A stretch of 64,000 nt of DNA from Pseudobdellovibrionaceae bacterium. GTDB lineage: Bacteria; Bdellovibrionota; Bdellovibrionia; Bdellovibrionales; UBA1609. The position numbers were made by a program, and so were the translations under genes. The stretch spans positions 963,402 through 1,027,401 of the forward strand of contig JACKAM010000001.1 in assembly GCA_020635075.1 (NCBI GenBank), given 5' to 3'. Below are positions 1 through 8,390 of the stretch, piece by piece; the stretch's first letter is position 1; every line of letters starts with the position of its first letter. The notes below the pieces were generated by a model, which had not been told where the DNA came from, did no database searches, and saw only the letters and a list, made by a program, of their open reading frames with translations.

Positions 1-85
1 GCCAACCTCAAAGTAACTTGGTTTTGATTTGAGGGAAAAAGTGGAGCCAATCTGACTCAAGCAAACTTAGACCAGTATCAACTGG

Positions 86-217
86 TCACCGGTTAAAAAT
101 TTGCAGAGAATTATTTGCGCCTTGTGTTACGGCGTTCATGGCAGGCAGTCCTGTCTTGCTCAGTACAAAAACAATGAGTGCCAGAGCAACCAGTGCCAAT
201 GCCCATTTGCTATCCAT
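86..217 (-). CDS. candidate 43-aa single-TM small protein (MDSKWALALVALALIVFVLSKTG...), below the ORF-track cutoff
   Basis: Hand-translated ORF directly downstream of the 232..576 gene. It has a hydrophobic helix and a weak AGGA about 11 nt upstream of the ATG. Confidence 0.25.
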   Translation of the reverse strand: MDSKWALALVALALIVFVLSKTGLPAMNAVTQGANNSLQIFNR

Positions 218-231
218 ATAGTCGGTCCTTT

Positions 232-576
232 TTAGCTGCAGGTGAGGTTAACGCAGGCATCAATTAGAAGTTGGCCACGGTCCATATCCACTTTTTGACC
301 GCGGACGCTTTCATAAAGTGATACTCGTCGATCAAAACACTTCTCAGCCGCATCTGCATGGGCTGCATTCCGGCTGGCGCCAACGCCGACGATGGTGCCC
401 ACATCACCCGAGTGGAATTTGCAGGTAAAACTGCGCGGGGCAGCTTCTTGGGGAGGGTTCATCATCTGCACTTTGGCTGAGGGGCTGGTGGTCTGGTGAT
501 TGACGCCAGAGGCTAGGGCCCTGTGAGCAGCGACCAGAAACATAAGAGCGGCAATCATGGTCAATAGGGATTTCAT
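232..576 (-). CDS. small secreted Cys-containing protein, unknown function
   Basis: Signal peptide MKSLLTMIAALMFLVAAHRALA and 4 Cys. I chose the second ATG (576) because AAGGAG lies 7 nt upstream of it; the track ORF extends to 591. Confidence 0.6.
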   Translation of the reverse strand: MKSLLTMIAALMFLVAAHRALASGVNHQTTSPSAKVQMMNPPQEAAPRSFTCKFHSGDVGTIVGVGASRNAAHADAAEKCFDRRVSLYESVRGQKVDMDRGQLLIDACVNLTCS

Positions 577-778
577 GGGTTTCTCCTTCATCTCTGTGAC
601 TCTTTAGAGCAATTGAAACGCCAACTCGACCCCTCAGCGGCCGCCTAAATATCTGTAATTACGAACGTAATTATTCGACATCGGAGCAAAAATGGTCATT
701 CCCGGTAATGGGCCAAAATTGGTTCGACCGGTGATCAGACTGTGGACAGGCTTCGGTGGTTCAGTGTAGGCAAAAAGA

Positions 779-1621
779 ATGGGCCTCATTGGTGAGTCGT
801 TACCTGATCTTTATCATTCCTTTCTTCCTGCGCCAGTTTTGGAGCTGCGGGTGCAGGAATCATTGGCCACCTGTGAATCATGCCCTCAAATCCGGAAAGG
901 GTCCCGACCGCGCTATCAAGAGAGTCTAAAATGCTGCACTTTTTATCCCTTAATGCCCAACTATTTGGTTGGAGGCGTTTTAGCAGAGCCAGGGGAGGGC
1001 AGGGGTTTGATTCTCAGGCAGCTGGAGCAAAGACAATTTATCCTTCCTGTCGGCCTTGGCCCATCTCCGGCCTATCAATGGCGATTTGTTAACAAAAGCG
1101 CAGGGGCATTTGGCAATAACCCCGATCTTCTCTGCCCCTTTTTTGCGAAGGGCACGGGTGGCTGTGGAGTGTGGCGTCTGAGGAGTTCCGAATGTCGCTC
1201 CTACTTTTGTCAAAGCGAACAAGGGGAGGCCGGCGAACGTTTTTGGCGAGCCTTTAACGAGTTTTTGTTTTTCGTGGAGGTCAATCTGAGCCAGGAGTAT
1301 CTTTTGCTTACCGGCTTTTTGCCCGTAGACTTCAAATCCCAAATGGCTCTTTTGAAACGGCTTGAGTTCAAAAGTGGAGATGGCCAGAATTGGTGTCTCT
1401 CCGACTGGGAACACCAAAGAATTTGGGATCATTGGCTGGGGAGAGAAAGGGAGTTTCTCCTTGGCGCCTATTCATGGGTTCAAGGATTGAGGCCGAAAGA
1501 CTGGGAACGGGAATTTGCGCGAGAGGCTCGCCCTTATGTTGATGGGGTGGTGCAGGCTTATCGTCGATGTTCGTGGAAGGCCAAATCTCCTAGGCCTGTT
1601 GGCTTGCCAGCAAGGCCCTAA
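779..1621 (+). CDS. cysteine-rich hypothetical protein, possibly with a YkgJ-like Zn/Fe-chelating Cys cluster
   Basis: 280-aa ORF with CESCPQ...KCCTFYP and further Cys pairs. Its 3' end overlaps the convergent sufE by 32 nt. Confidence 0.55.
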   Translation: MGLIGESLPDLYHSFLPAPVLELRVQESLATCESCPQIRKGSRPRYQESLKCCTFYPLMPNYLVGGVLAEPGEGRGLILRQLEQRQFILPVGLGPSPAYQWRFVNKSAGAFGNNPDLLCPFFAKGTGGCGVWRLRSSECRSYFCQSEQGEAGERFWRAFNEFLFFVEVNLSQEYLLLTGFLPVDFKSQMALLKRLEFKSGDGQNWCLSDWEHQRIWDHWLGREREFLLGAYSWVQGLRPKDWEREFAREARPYVDGVVQAYRRCSWKAKSPRPVGLPARP

Positions 1622-2030
1622 AGGCCGTGGCGTAGTACATGATTTGTCTAATCATCGAAATCAGTCCGTTGGCGCGGCTGGGTGACAAGTTTGCCTCGAA
1701 ACCCATTTCTTTGACGAAATCAGGCGGCGTAGAGAGTATTTCGTCTGGAGTGGCATCAGAATAGACTCGCAATAGGATGGCGACCAGTCCCCGTACAATC
1801 ATGGCATCGCTGTCTGCCTCAAATTGAATTTTCTTATTATCATCGAGACGGGCGAGTAGCCATACCTGACTTTGGCAGCCCTTCACCTTGTAGTCGTCCC
1901 GTTTTTTTTCCTCAGGTAACTCAGGGAGTTCTTTGCCAATAGCGATCAGGCGTTTGTATCTATTCTCCCAAGAGTTGAGCTGGGAGAACTCCTCAATGAG
2001 TTCTTTTTGACGGAGAGTAAGATTAGACAT
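1590..2030 (-). CDS. sufE: cysteine desulfuration protein SufE
   Basis: 146 aa with the KVKGCQSQVWL active-site Cys motif and SufE-typical length. Confidence 0.9.
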   Translation of the reverse strand: MSNLTLRQKELIEEFSQLNSWENRYKRLIAIGKELPELPEEKKRDDYKVKGCQSQVWLLARLDDNKKIQFEADSDAMIVRGLVAILLRVYSDATPDEILSTPPDFVKEMGFEANLSPSRANGLISMIRQIMYYATAFRALLASQQA

Positions 2031-2090
2031 GAGGTGGTCCTAACATCCGGGGGCCTTCATGGCAATCTTAGATCCGCCAGGAGGGAAACC

Positions 2091-2798
2091 TTATGGAAGG
2101 GTCGCATGTACCCGGTGAGAGTCATCGTTGTCATCGAGAGCTTCCAAAAATGTAAGCACCTCTTGGGTCTGCTCTTCGTTAAGTTCAGTGATGTTTTTGG
2201 CCTTGTAACTGAGCTCAGCAACGGTGACCTCCCAGCCTCTCTCACTAAGGGTTGAGCGAATATTGTCCAAATCTTCGGGGACCCCATAAAAACTATAGGT
2301 TCCTTCTTCGCTCGGGCCTTCGACTTCGTTGGCTCCGGCCTCAATGGCTTCTTCCTCCGGGTCCCCAACGGCTTCTTTTTTCCCTTCAACCAAGCTCACG
2401 CGGTCAAACATCCAGGCAACACTTCCGGAATCTCCCATTTGGCCGCCATGTTTTTTGAAGATGTTGCGGATCTCCGTGACCGTTCGATTTTTGTTGTCCG
2501 TTTGACATTCAACGATCACTCCCACCTGGTGGGGGCCGAATCCCTCGTAGGCCGTTTCTTCATAGGTGACACCGTCGTCACCGATACCAGCCCCTTTTTT
2601 AATCGCCCGTTCAATCGTGTCCTTTGGGCAGCTGGCCGCCTTTGCCTGGGCAATGGCCAAGGCAAGCCGGGAGTTGGATGCTGGGTCGGGCCCGCCTAGT
2701 TTTGCCGATACGGCGATTTCTCGGGCGAACTTGGTGAACATGGCGCCCTTCTTTGCCGCCATTGCCACCTTACTTGCGTTTTTCCAACCTTTTCCCAT
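2091..2798 (-). CDS. YebC/PmpR-family DNA-binding transcriptional regulator
   Basis: MGKGWKNASKVAMAAKKGAMFTKFAREI..., with family-typical N-terminus and length. The start is moved to the internal ATG at 2798, which has AAGGA about 9 nt upstream; the track ORF extends to 2873. Confidence 0.9.
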   Translation of the reverse strand: MGKGWKNASKVAMAAKKGAMFTKFAREIAVSAKLGGPDPASNSRLALAIAQAKAASCPKDTIERAIKKGAGIGDDGVTYEETAYEGFGPHQVGVIVECQTDNKNRTVTEIRNIFKKHGGQMGDSGSVAWMFDRVSLVEGKKEAVGDPEEEAIEAGANEVEGPSEEGTYSFYGVPEDLDNIRSTLSERGWEVTVAELSYKAKNITELNEEQTQEVLTFLEALDDNDDSHRVHATLP

Positions 2799-2902
2799 GA
2801 GCCTAATCCTTGTCGGTATTCGATTTGAGTCAACATGATGTCTGCGGGACTGGTAAAAGGCAAGCTTTGACAAGGCTGGAAATAAACGGAGGGGGGGAGG
2901 GC

Positions 2903-3640
2903 TTAGACCTGTTCTTTCTTACCCAAATAGCGCCATTGCCCCTCTTTAAGGGGGCCTAGTTTCAGCCGTCCAACACGAACTCGCTTCAGGGAGACCACTT
3001 TTAGATCGACCGCCTCACACATGCGCCGAATCTGTCTTTTACGCCCCTCAAGCAATACAAACTGCAACAGGCACGGTTCCAACTCCTTGACTCCTGCTCG
3101 TTTGAGCGGTTTGTCGTCCAGGCTCAAACCAAATCGAAGAGTCTCCAATTTTGCCTTTGTAATGTCTCCCTCGACACGTACAAGGTATTCTTTGTCGATG
3201 CGACTTTCCTGACCAATGATCTTTTTCGCCAGCACTCCGTCTTGAGTCAAAATCAACAAGCCTTTAGAGTCGATGTCTAGGCGGCCCGCTGATGCAAGGC
3301 CCTTTAGATGATAGGGGCTAAACCGGTTGCGGCTACGATCACGACGATCTTGATTGGTAGGTAGGATCAGCTTCTGGGCGAGAGGATAAGGGTCATCCGA
3401 TGGTGACGACAAATAGCCAATGGGCTTATTGAGAATAATGGTGACTTTCTTCCCAAGAAGATCCTTGCCTTTTTGACTGAGAGTGACTTTTGCCGAGGGA
3501 AGGACTTTAGTTCCTAGTTCAGTAATGGTCTCTCCATCAACACGTACGCAGCCCTTGGAGATCAAGTCGTCGGCCTCACGACGGGAACAAATTCCTTGAC
3601 TGGCCATTAACTTGGAAAGCCTCAGTTTTTCCTCACCCAT
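2903..3640 (-). CDS. rRNA pseudouridine synthase (RsuA/RluB/RluF family)
   Basis: N-terminal S4 domain (LMASQGICSRREADDLI) and the catalytic GRLDIDSKGLLILTQDG motif. Confidence 0.9.
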   Translation of the reverse strand: MGEEKLRLSKLMASQGICSRREADDLISKGCVRVDGETITELGTKVLPSAKVTLSQKGKDLLGKKVTIILNKPIGYLSSPSDDPYPLAQKLILPTNQDRRDRSRNRFSPYHLKGLASAGRLDIDSKGLLILTQDGVLAKKIIGQESRIDKEYLVRVEGDITKAKLETLRFGLSLDDKPLKRAGVKELEPCLLQFVLLEGRKRQIRRMCEAVDLKVVSLKRVRVGRLKLGPLKEGQWRYLGKKEQV

Positions 3641-3805
3641 GGGTGTGACCTCCGCCTAAAAATGGGAATGAATCGAATCCAAATGAGGCAAACATTGAGT
3701 TCTTTCGAGAAAGTTTCCGAGAGATTGTCAAAATCTTCTCACCTTTTCCGGGGATTGACTAAAATTAATCTTGGGTCGGTGGTGCGGCCCAGATGGTGGG
3801 AGTAT

Positions 3806-3949
3806 ATGAGTCAAAGAGTGGTACGTCAGCAGAAAACCGCGATGAGCAGCCTTTGGCGCTGGGTCGACGTTATTCAGGGAGTTGCCTTGTTTTCGGCCGT
3901 GGCCATGGTGCTTTCGACATTTGTGTATTTGCTGATATCGAATAGCTAA
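3806..3949 (+). CDS. candidate 47-aa membrane protein
   Basis: Internal ATG of track ORF 3662..3949 preceded by GGTGGGAG. The C-terminal hydrophobic helix is GVALFSAVAMVLSTFVYLLI. It sits in an otherwise empty 305-nt gap. Confidence 0.3.
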   Translation: MSQRVVRQQKTAMSSLWRWVDVIQGVALFSAVAMVLSTFVYLLISNS

Positions 3950-4284
3950 GGAAGGAACAGGCAACGATAGCCTTGGTTCCAGGAGAGGCTAATCGCCTCA
4001 AGGCAGGGCCCCAGCTTTGTCTTGTTGATGTCGCCCCAAACGTTCTGTAGAAACTCATAGGGACCATTCTCGCCCCTTTTACCAGCCAATTTAACTGCCT
4101 CATTTTGGGCCAGAGCCTCCAGGCTTGGGCGCGGGTATACCCAGCCACTTTGCGGGCTGGGTATACCCAGCAAATGAAAGGTGAGATGAAAGTCAGAGAT
4201 TAGTGGTCCACCCATGGTTACAGAGTCAAACCAGATTTGTAAAGGCAGAGTGTAAGCCAATCGCACCTTGGTGGTCTTCTCCAT
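3946..4284 (-). CDS. hypothetical 112-aa protein translationally coupled to the PTPS gene
   Basis: The ATG overlaps the upstream stop by 1 nt at 4284. Amino-acid composition is balanced and I recognised no motif. Confidence 0.5.
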   Translation of the reverse strand: MEKTTKVRLAYTLPLQIWFDSVTMGGPLISDFHLTFHLLGIPSPQSGWVYPRPSLEALAQNEAVKLAGKRGENGPYEFLQNVWGDINKTKLGPCLEAISLSWNQGYRCLFLP

Positions 4285-4727
4285 TAGAGCAGCCCACCGC
4301 TAGCGCCCACTTCAGCCCAAATGTCGTCACATTCGAAAAGTCGGACTCGTTGAATAAGCGCAGGGTCGGCGACCAAGGATTTGAGTCGTTGGTACACATA
4401 GAGGGCTATGTTCTCAGTGGTCGGGATGTGGTTTTTGAAGTATTCCACGTCCTGATTGAGAAACCGGTGATCCAGTTCCAGGCTGATTTGAGCCAGCAAT
4501 CGGTCGGCATCAACGAGGTTGATCACCATTCCGCTGGCGGAATCAATCGGTCCCGTGAAGTGGGCTTCCAACACATAGTTATGTCCGTGTCCATGGGGTG
4601 AGTAGCAGGCACCAAAAGTCTCGCGATTTTTAGATTCACTCCAGGCAGGGTTCTCGTAGCGGTGCCCGCAGGAAAAATGAACGCGACGAACAAAGGTGGC
4701 CGATGGAGAAGAGGATTGAGAATTCAT
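4284..4727 (-). CDS. 6-pyruvoyl-tetrahydropterin synthase / QueD family (mammalian-type PTPS motifs)
   Basis: FSCGHRY (Zn His), FGACYSPHGHGHNY (catalytic Cys plus HGH Zn ligands) and GMVINLVD. Confidence 0.9.
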   Translation of the reverse strand: MNSQSSSPSATFVRRVHFSCGHRYENPAWSESKNRETFGACYSPHGHGHNYVLEAHFTGPIDSASGMVINLVDADRLLAQISLELDHRFLNQDVEYFKNHIPTTENIALYVYQRLKSLVADPALIQRVRLFECDDIWAEVGASGGLL

Positions 4728-4748
4728 AAAGTTCCTTTGTCGGAGCCT

Positions 4749-5480
4749 CTACACAAGAGATATGCCTCCGTCTACATTGAGAACGCTTCCCGTCGTCCAG
4801 GAAGACTCCCCTGAGCCTAAGAAGTACACGGCTCTGGCGACTTCTTCCGCGGTGCCGACGCGACCCAAGGGCTGAAGCTTGTCCAGGTAATTCCTCTGGT
4901 CCTCTGAGAGTGTGCCGTGAATGGGGGTGTCCACAATTCCAGGGCACACACAGTTGGCGTGAATGCCTCTGTCGGCCAATTCAACCGCCAAGGAGAGTGT
5001 CCAATTGATCACCGCGGATTTTAATGCCGAGTAACTGGCTGTCCCAGGAACGGGCCGATGTCCCAAAGTCGATGACACATTGACGATCGCGGATGGGGCG
5101 GCCTTTTCCAGAAGAGGCAGTAGAGCTTGGGTGAGCAAAACGGGGCCGAGAAGGTGGACGCGAAAGCTCTCTTGCCATTCATTACGGGTGGATTCCAGAA
5201 AGGTGGCTCTTTTGATCAAGCCGGCATTATGAATAAGAGCATTTAAGCCTTTGCTGCCAACCGAGGAGAGGATGCTTTTACCCATCTTTTCCACCTGGTC
5301 CAAATCTGCCAAGTCGCAGGGAAAAACCTGGGCAGGGCCATCCAAAGACTGCGCGGTGGCTTCCAGCTTCTTAGGGTTTCGCCCGAGGAGCCAGACCTCG
5401 TATCCTGCCTTTGAGTAGGCTTGCGCAATAGCCTGACCGATGCCGCTTCCCGCACCGGTTATCAGAGCCGTTTTCGCCAT
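4749..5480 (-). CDS. short-chain dehydrogenase/reductase, sepiapterin-reductase-like by context
   Basis: TGAGSGIG Rossmann motif, NAG, and YSALK (YxxxK). It lies directly upstream of the PTPS gene in the same orientation. Confidence 0.85.
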   Translation of the reverse strand: MAKTALITGAGSGIGQAIAQAYSKAGYEVWLLGRNPKKLEATAQSLDGPAQVFPCDLADLDQVEKMGKSILSSVGSKGLNALIHNAGLIKRATFLESTRNEWQESFRVHLLGPVLLTQALLPLLEKAAPSAIVNVSSTLGHRPVPGTASYSALKSAVINWTLSLAVELADRGIHANCVCPGIVDTPIHGTLSEDQRNYLDKLQPLGRVGTAEEVARAVYFLGSGESSWTTGSVLNVDGGISLV

Positions 5481-5732
5481 GGATCACTCCTTTGGTCAGG
5501 TTGTGGTCGAGTGGACTACATCGCCCATGTGGTGATGGGTAAACTAGAACTAGCAAAACTGTCGAGGATTGACAATTGGGTAAACTCTGCGTCCAGGAAG
5601 GACTCTGTTCATGCGCCCAGTATCAAGTTACCATCTGATGGTGTTCGGTCTTAAAGTGTTCGCCATCTCATTTGCGCTCAGCTGGGTGTTTCTCGCCCAA
5701 TTTTGACGGGCGATTTGGCCCCCTTGAAAAGC

Positions 5733-5763
5733 AAAAAGCCGACTTGGTGAAGTCGGCTTTTTT
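5733..5763. terminator. bidirectional rho-independent terminator
   Basis: The 9-bp stem AGCCGACTT/AAGTCGGCT has a GGTG loop, with an A-run on one side and a T-run on the other. It lies 24 nt downstream of the 5787 gene end. Confidence 0.75.
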
Positions 5764-5786
5764 GTTTCCATTTCCTTGGCGATGGA

Positions 5787-6017
5787 TCAGGCGGCTTTGT
5801 GCTGTCTGCGCACATAAGCCTGATACTTCTTGTCGAAGTCCTTTGGCTTTTCGCCCTTGCGATTCACAAGTCCTTCCTTGAACCATACAAAATGCTCTTC
5901 ACAAAATGCGGATCGAACCACCTTTTTGCCACATTTTTCGACCGGGCAGCGCTCAGGTATTTTCGCAACTGATCCGCCACCTTGATTCTGGTTTTCTGGA
6001 TTGCCTTTTTTTGCCAT
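5787..6017 (-). CDS. small basic Zn-ribbon-like protein, unknown function
   Basis: 76 aa with CPVEKC...CEEH. AAGGAG lies 5 nt upstream of the ATG at 6017, and a sigma28-like promoter is upstream. Confidence 0.6.
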   Translation of the reverse strand: MAKKGNPENQNQGGGSVAKIPERCPVEKCGKKVVRSAFCEEHFVWFKEGLVNRKGEKPKDFDKKYQAYVRRQHKAA

Positions 6018-6045
6018 ATTCACTCCTTGCTAGGCCAATACAGTC

Positions 6046-6073
6046 TTATCGGCTGTCCCCATGGAGTGCTTTA
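6046..6073 (-). promoter_or_regulatory. sigma28 (FliA)-type promoter candidate
   Basis: The minus strand reads TAAA-N16-GCCGATAA, with a perfect -10 box, 28 nt upstream of the ATG at 6017. The consensus is TAAA-N15-GCCGATAA. Confidence 0.5.
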
Positions 6074-7654
6074 ATTCGAGACGTTGGCCCTGTCCTCGGC
6101 ATTTGCCACTTCAAGCTGAGTGAGGTCGAGTTGATTTAACTCATTGATTTCCCAGCCCTTAAAGTTTTGGTCCTGCAACATGGAGAAATGAATTTCACCC
6201 AGTGGCACCATGATGTGATCTGCCATCAGGGTCTCTACCGCCTGTTGACAGATATCCTGGCGTCGATGGGCCTGGGTCTCCAGCCGGAGCCTTTCAACTA
6301 AAAGGTCAAATGCAGGATTGTGGTACTTCAGGTAGTTCTCTCTGTGTTGAGAAGTAAAATTCTCCAAGGCAGCTAGGCAGGTGGGTCGATCGAGAGAAAC
6401 ACCTTTGCGAAAAACCATAGCGGGAGTCACCTGCAGCTGGTGGAGATACATTCCCTGTTCGCGGCCATCTAACTGGAAATTCCAATCCAGGTTCTGGCTC
6501 CACTGTCCCTGTAGCCATTCCATTCCGCGCTGGATGTCGTCTCCCCCCATTTTGCTAAAACCAATCACTGAAAGGGACAGCGGAGGGTACCTGTGGTTAG
6601 CAGCCAGCGCACGAGCTTCATCTTGGTCAAAGGGGTAACAGGGCGGACGTTTCATGTAGTGAATAGGAAGGCTGGGGCAGCCTGGTCGGCCAAGAGCATG
6701 ATAGAGTTCTTTGAGTTTGTCATAATCCAGGGCAAGAGTAAGGGCTCGACGGAGTTCAGGCTTATCTTTAAGTGCCGGGCCAAAACCAAGGTAATCGAAG
6801 CGGGCCAGAGGTACCTGGAAAAAATCAGCGCGAGAGCGATACTTATCGATCAAAATAGATGGCAGGCGCCTAAGCAGATTCAAGTGCCCTGTCTCGTAAA
6901 GGCGCAAGGCTGTGGTGTCATCATCGACGAGCAATACCTCAACTGCCGGTCTCTTTTGGGCGTCAGGATAATGAGGGTTGGCTTCCAGCCGAATGCGCCC
7001 TCGGTTTCCCCATTCCGCAACCCGATAGGGACCATTGACCACAACTTCCTGGGCCCGGGATTTGTTGGCTATGGGAAGGCTGTGGAGTGGAGCCAGAGCA
7101 GGAGATGCCAAACGGTACTCAAAATCTGAATCGGGAGTCGCCAAATCAAAGGTTAAAATGTGAGAAGACCTTGCCTTGATTCCCAACTTGGAAGGCTCCA
7201 GTTTTCCGGCCAGGATTTCCCTGGCATTTGCCAAGCTGAGGAGCAGCTCGGTTTGTACCGAGCGAGTGGCAGGATCAACCAGCCGGCGGAAGGCATTCAC
7301 GTACTGGGTCGCTGTTACCGCGCTTCCGTCACTCCATTTTCGCGAAGGGTCCAGATAGCAGGTGAGTCGCTTTTGGTTTTGCCAATTGCAATGGGTGGCA
7401 CCTTCTGGGACGAGTCCGATGCCGGGCCGATAACGATAGAGAGATCGATATAAGTTGTAGAGGAGATAACTGCCCGAAGCTCCTGAAATGTGAGCAGGAT
7501 CCAAGTCCATGGGCTCGCCGAGGAGGTGAAAACGGAACACCGCCGGTTTTCCCGAAAGCAACAGACCTGAAATGGCATTGAAGGAAAGCAGGCTGATGGC
7601 GATCAGCAGAATTAGACCAAATTTTGAGCGCAGTGATCTCCAGATTTTTGCCAT
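6071..7654 (-). CDS. ABC transporter substrate-binding protein, family 5 (peptide/nickel type)
   Basis: 527 aa with an N-terminal signal anchor and an SBP_bac_5-like N-terminal region (GEPMDLDPAHISGASGSYLLYNLYRSLYRY). Confidence 0.8.
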   Translation of the reverse strand: MAKIWRSLRSKFGLILLIAISLLSFNAISGLLLSGKPAVFRFHLLGEPMDLDPAHISGASGSYLLYNLYRSLYRYRPGIGLVPEGATHCNWQNQKRLTCYLDPSRKWSDGSAVTATQYVNAFRRLVDPATRSVQTELLLSLANAREILAGKLEPSKLGIKARSSHILTFDLATPDSDFEYRLASPALAPLHSLPIANKSRAQEVVVNGPYRVAEWGNRGRIRLEANPHYPDAQKRPAVEVLLVDDDTTALRLYETGHLNLLRRLPSILIDKYRSRADFFQVPLARFDYLGFGPALKDKPELRRALTLALDYDKLKELYHALGRPGCPSLPIHYMKRPPCYPFDQDEARALAANHRYPPLSLSVIGFSKMGGDDIQRGMEWLQGQWSQNLDWNFQLDGREQGMYLHQLQVTPAMVFRKGVSLDRPTCLAALENFTSQHRENYLKYHNPAFDLLVERLRLETQAHRRQDICQQAVETLMADHIMVPLGEIHFSMLQDQNFKGWEINELNQLDLTQLEVANAEDRANVSN

Positions 7655-7781
7655 GGGGGCTTATACCTTTGTTTTTATTCAGAATGAATGAAAATTAGTG
7701 ATTTCAGTTGTTTAGATCCTGAAACATGAAAAAAAGATAAACAGGCAAAAACCCTCAGACATCGCCATCTTAGAGGTGGCC

Positions 7782-7797
7782 TGGTACAGAGGATGCA
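7782..7797 (+). promoter_or_regulatory. sigma54-type -24/-12 promoter candidate
   Basis: TGGTACagaggATGCA, with GG and GC at the canonical spacing (consensus TGGCAC-N5-TTGCA). It lies 40-85 nt upstream of the 7836/7881 start. Confidence 0.3.
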
Positions 7798-7835
7798 GTC
7801 AATAAGACCAGGGTGGGGCTTAAGAATTCAGCCCT

Positions 7836-8390
7836 ATGTACCGATATGAGATATCGGAAGCCTATAGGGATCGGGAGAAGATGAGAAAATTCGTATCCAT
7901 TGGGTTTGTCAGTTTTGGGGTGGCGGTCTTATTGACCTACTTCACCAACTGCGACGTGTATTCAGAGAACAATCTGTTTGCCGAGTTGACCACTCGTTGT
8001 GTGGATACGGACGACTGTATCAATCAGAGCTCTGAGTTTATGGAGCTTAAAATTAACTCGGAAAATAACCTCCCCATCGGTCCCGCCGAAACTGAATTTG
8101 ATGTGGGTGGAGATTGCAATGAGGGAGGATACATCCAAAATGTGATCATTTGGGAGTTGTTCCTGGATAACACTATGATTCAGACGTCCCAGTTCTTGGG
8201 CTTAAATGGCCTGTGTGTCAACGGCCGTTTTTCAATGAGAGTCCGCCTCGTGCGTCCCGGTCTTCAGGATACTGGTGGGGTTCGTCGCGAACACCGATTG
8301 GAAGTGGAGATCGTCGGTATGGATGCGGAGGGGCAAATTTTCAAGAACCCCCTTTTAGCGCGAAAAAATATCACTCTTGTTCCCCGCTAG
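7836..8390 (+). CDS. hypothetical exported protein or lipoprotein
   Basis: The internal start MRKFVSIGFVSFGVAVLLTYFTNC gives a signal plus a possible lipobox. It is Cys-rich, and its 3' end overlaps the convergent radical SAM gene by 20 nt. Confidence 0.5.
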   Translation: MYRYEISEAYRDREKMRKFVSIGFVSFGVAVLLTYFTNCDVYSENNLFAELTTRCVDTDDCINQSSEFMELKINSENNLPIGPAETEFDVGGDCNEGGYIQNVIIWELFLDNTMIQTSQFLGLNGLCVNGRFSMRVRLVRPGLQDTGGVRREHRLEVEIVGMDAEGQIFKNPLLARKNITLVPR

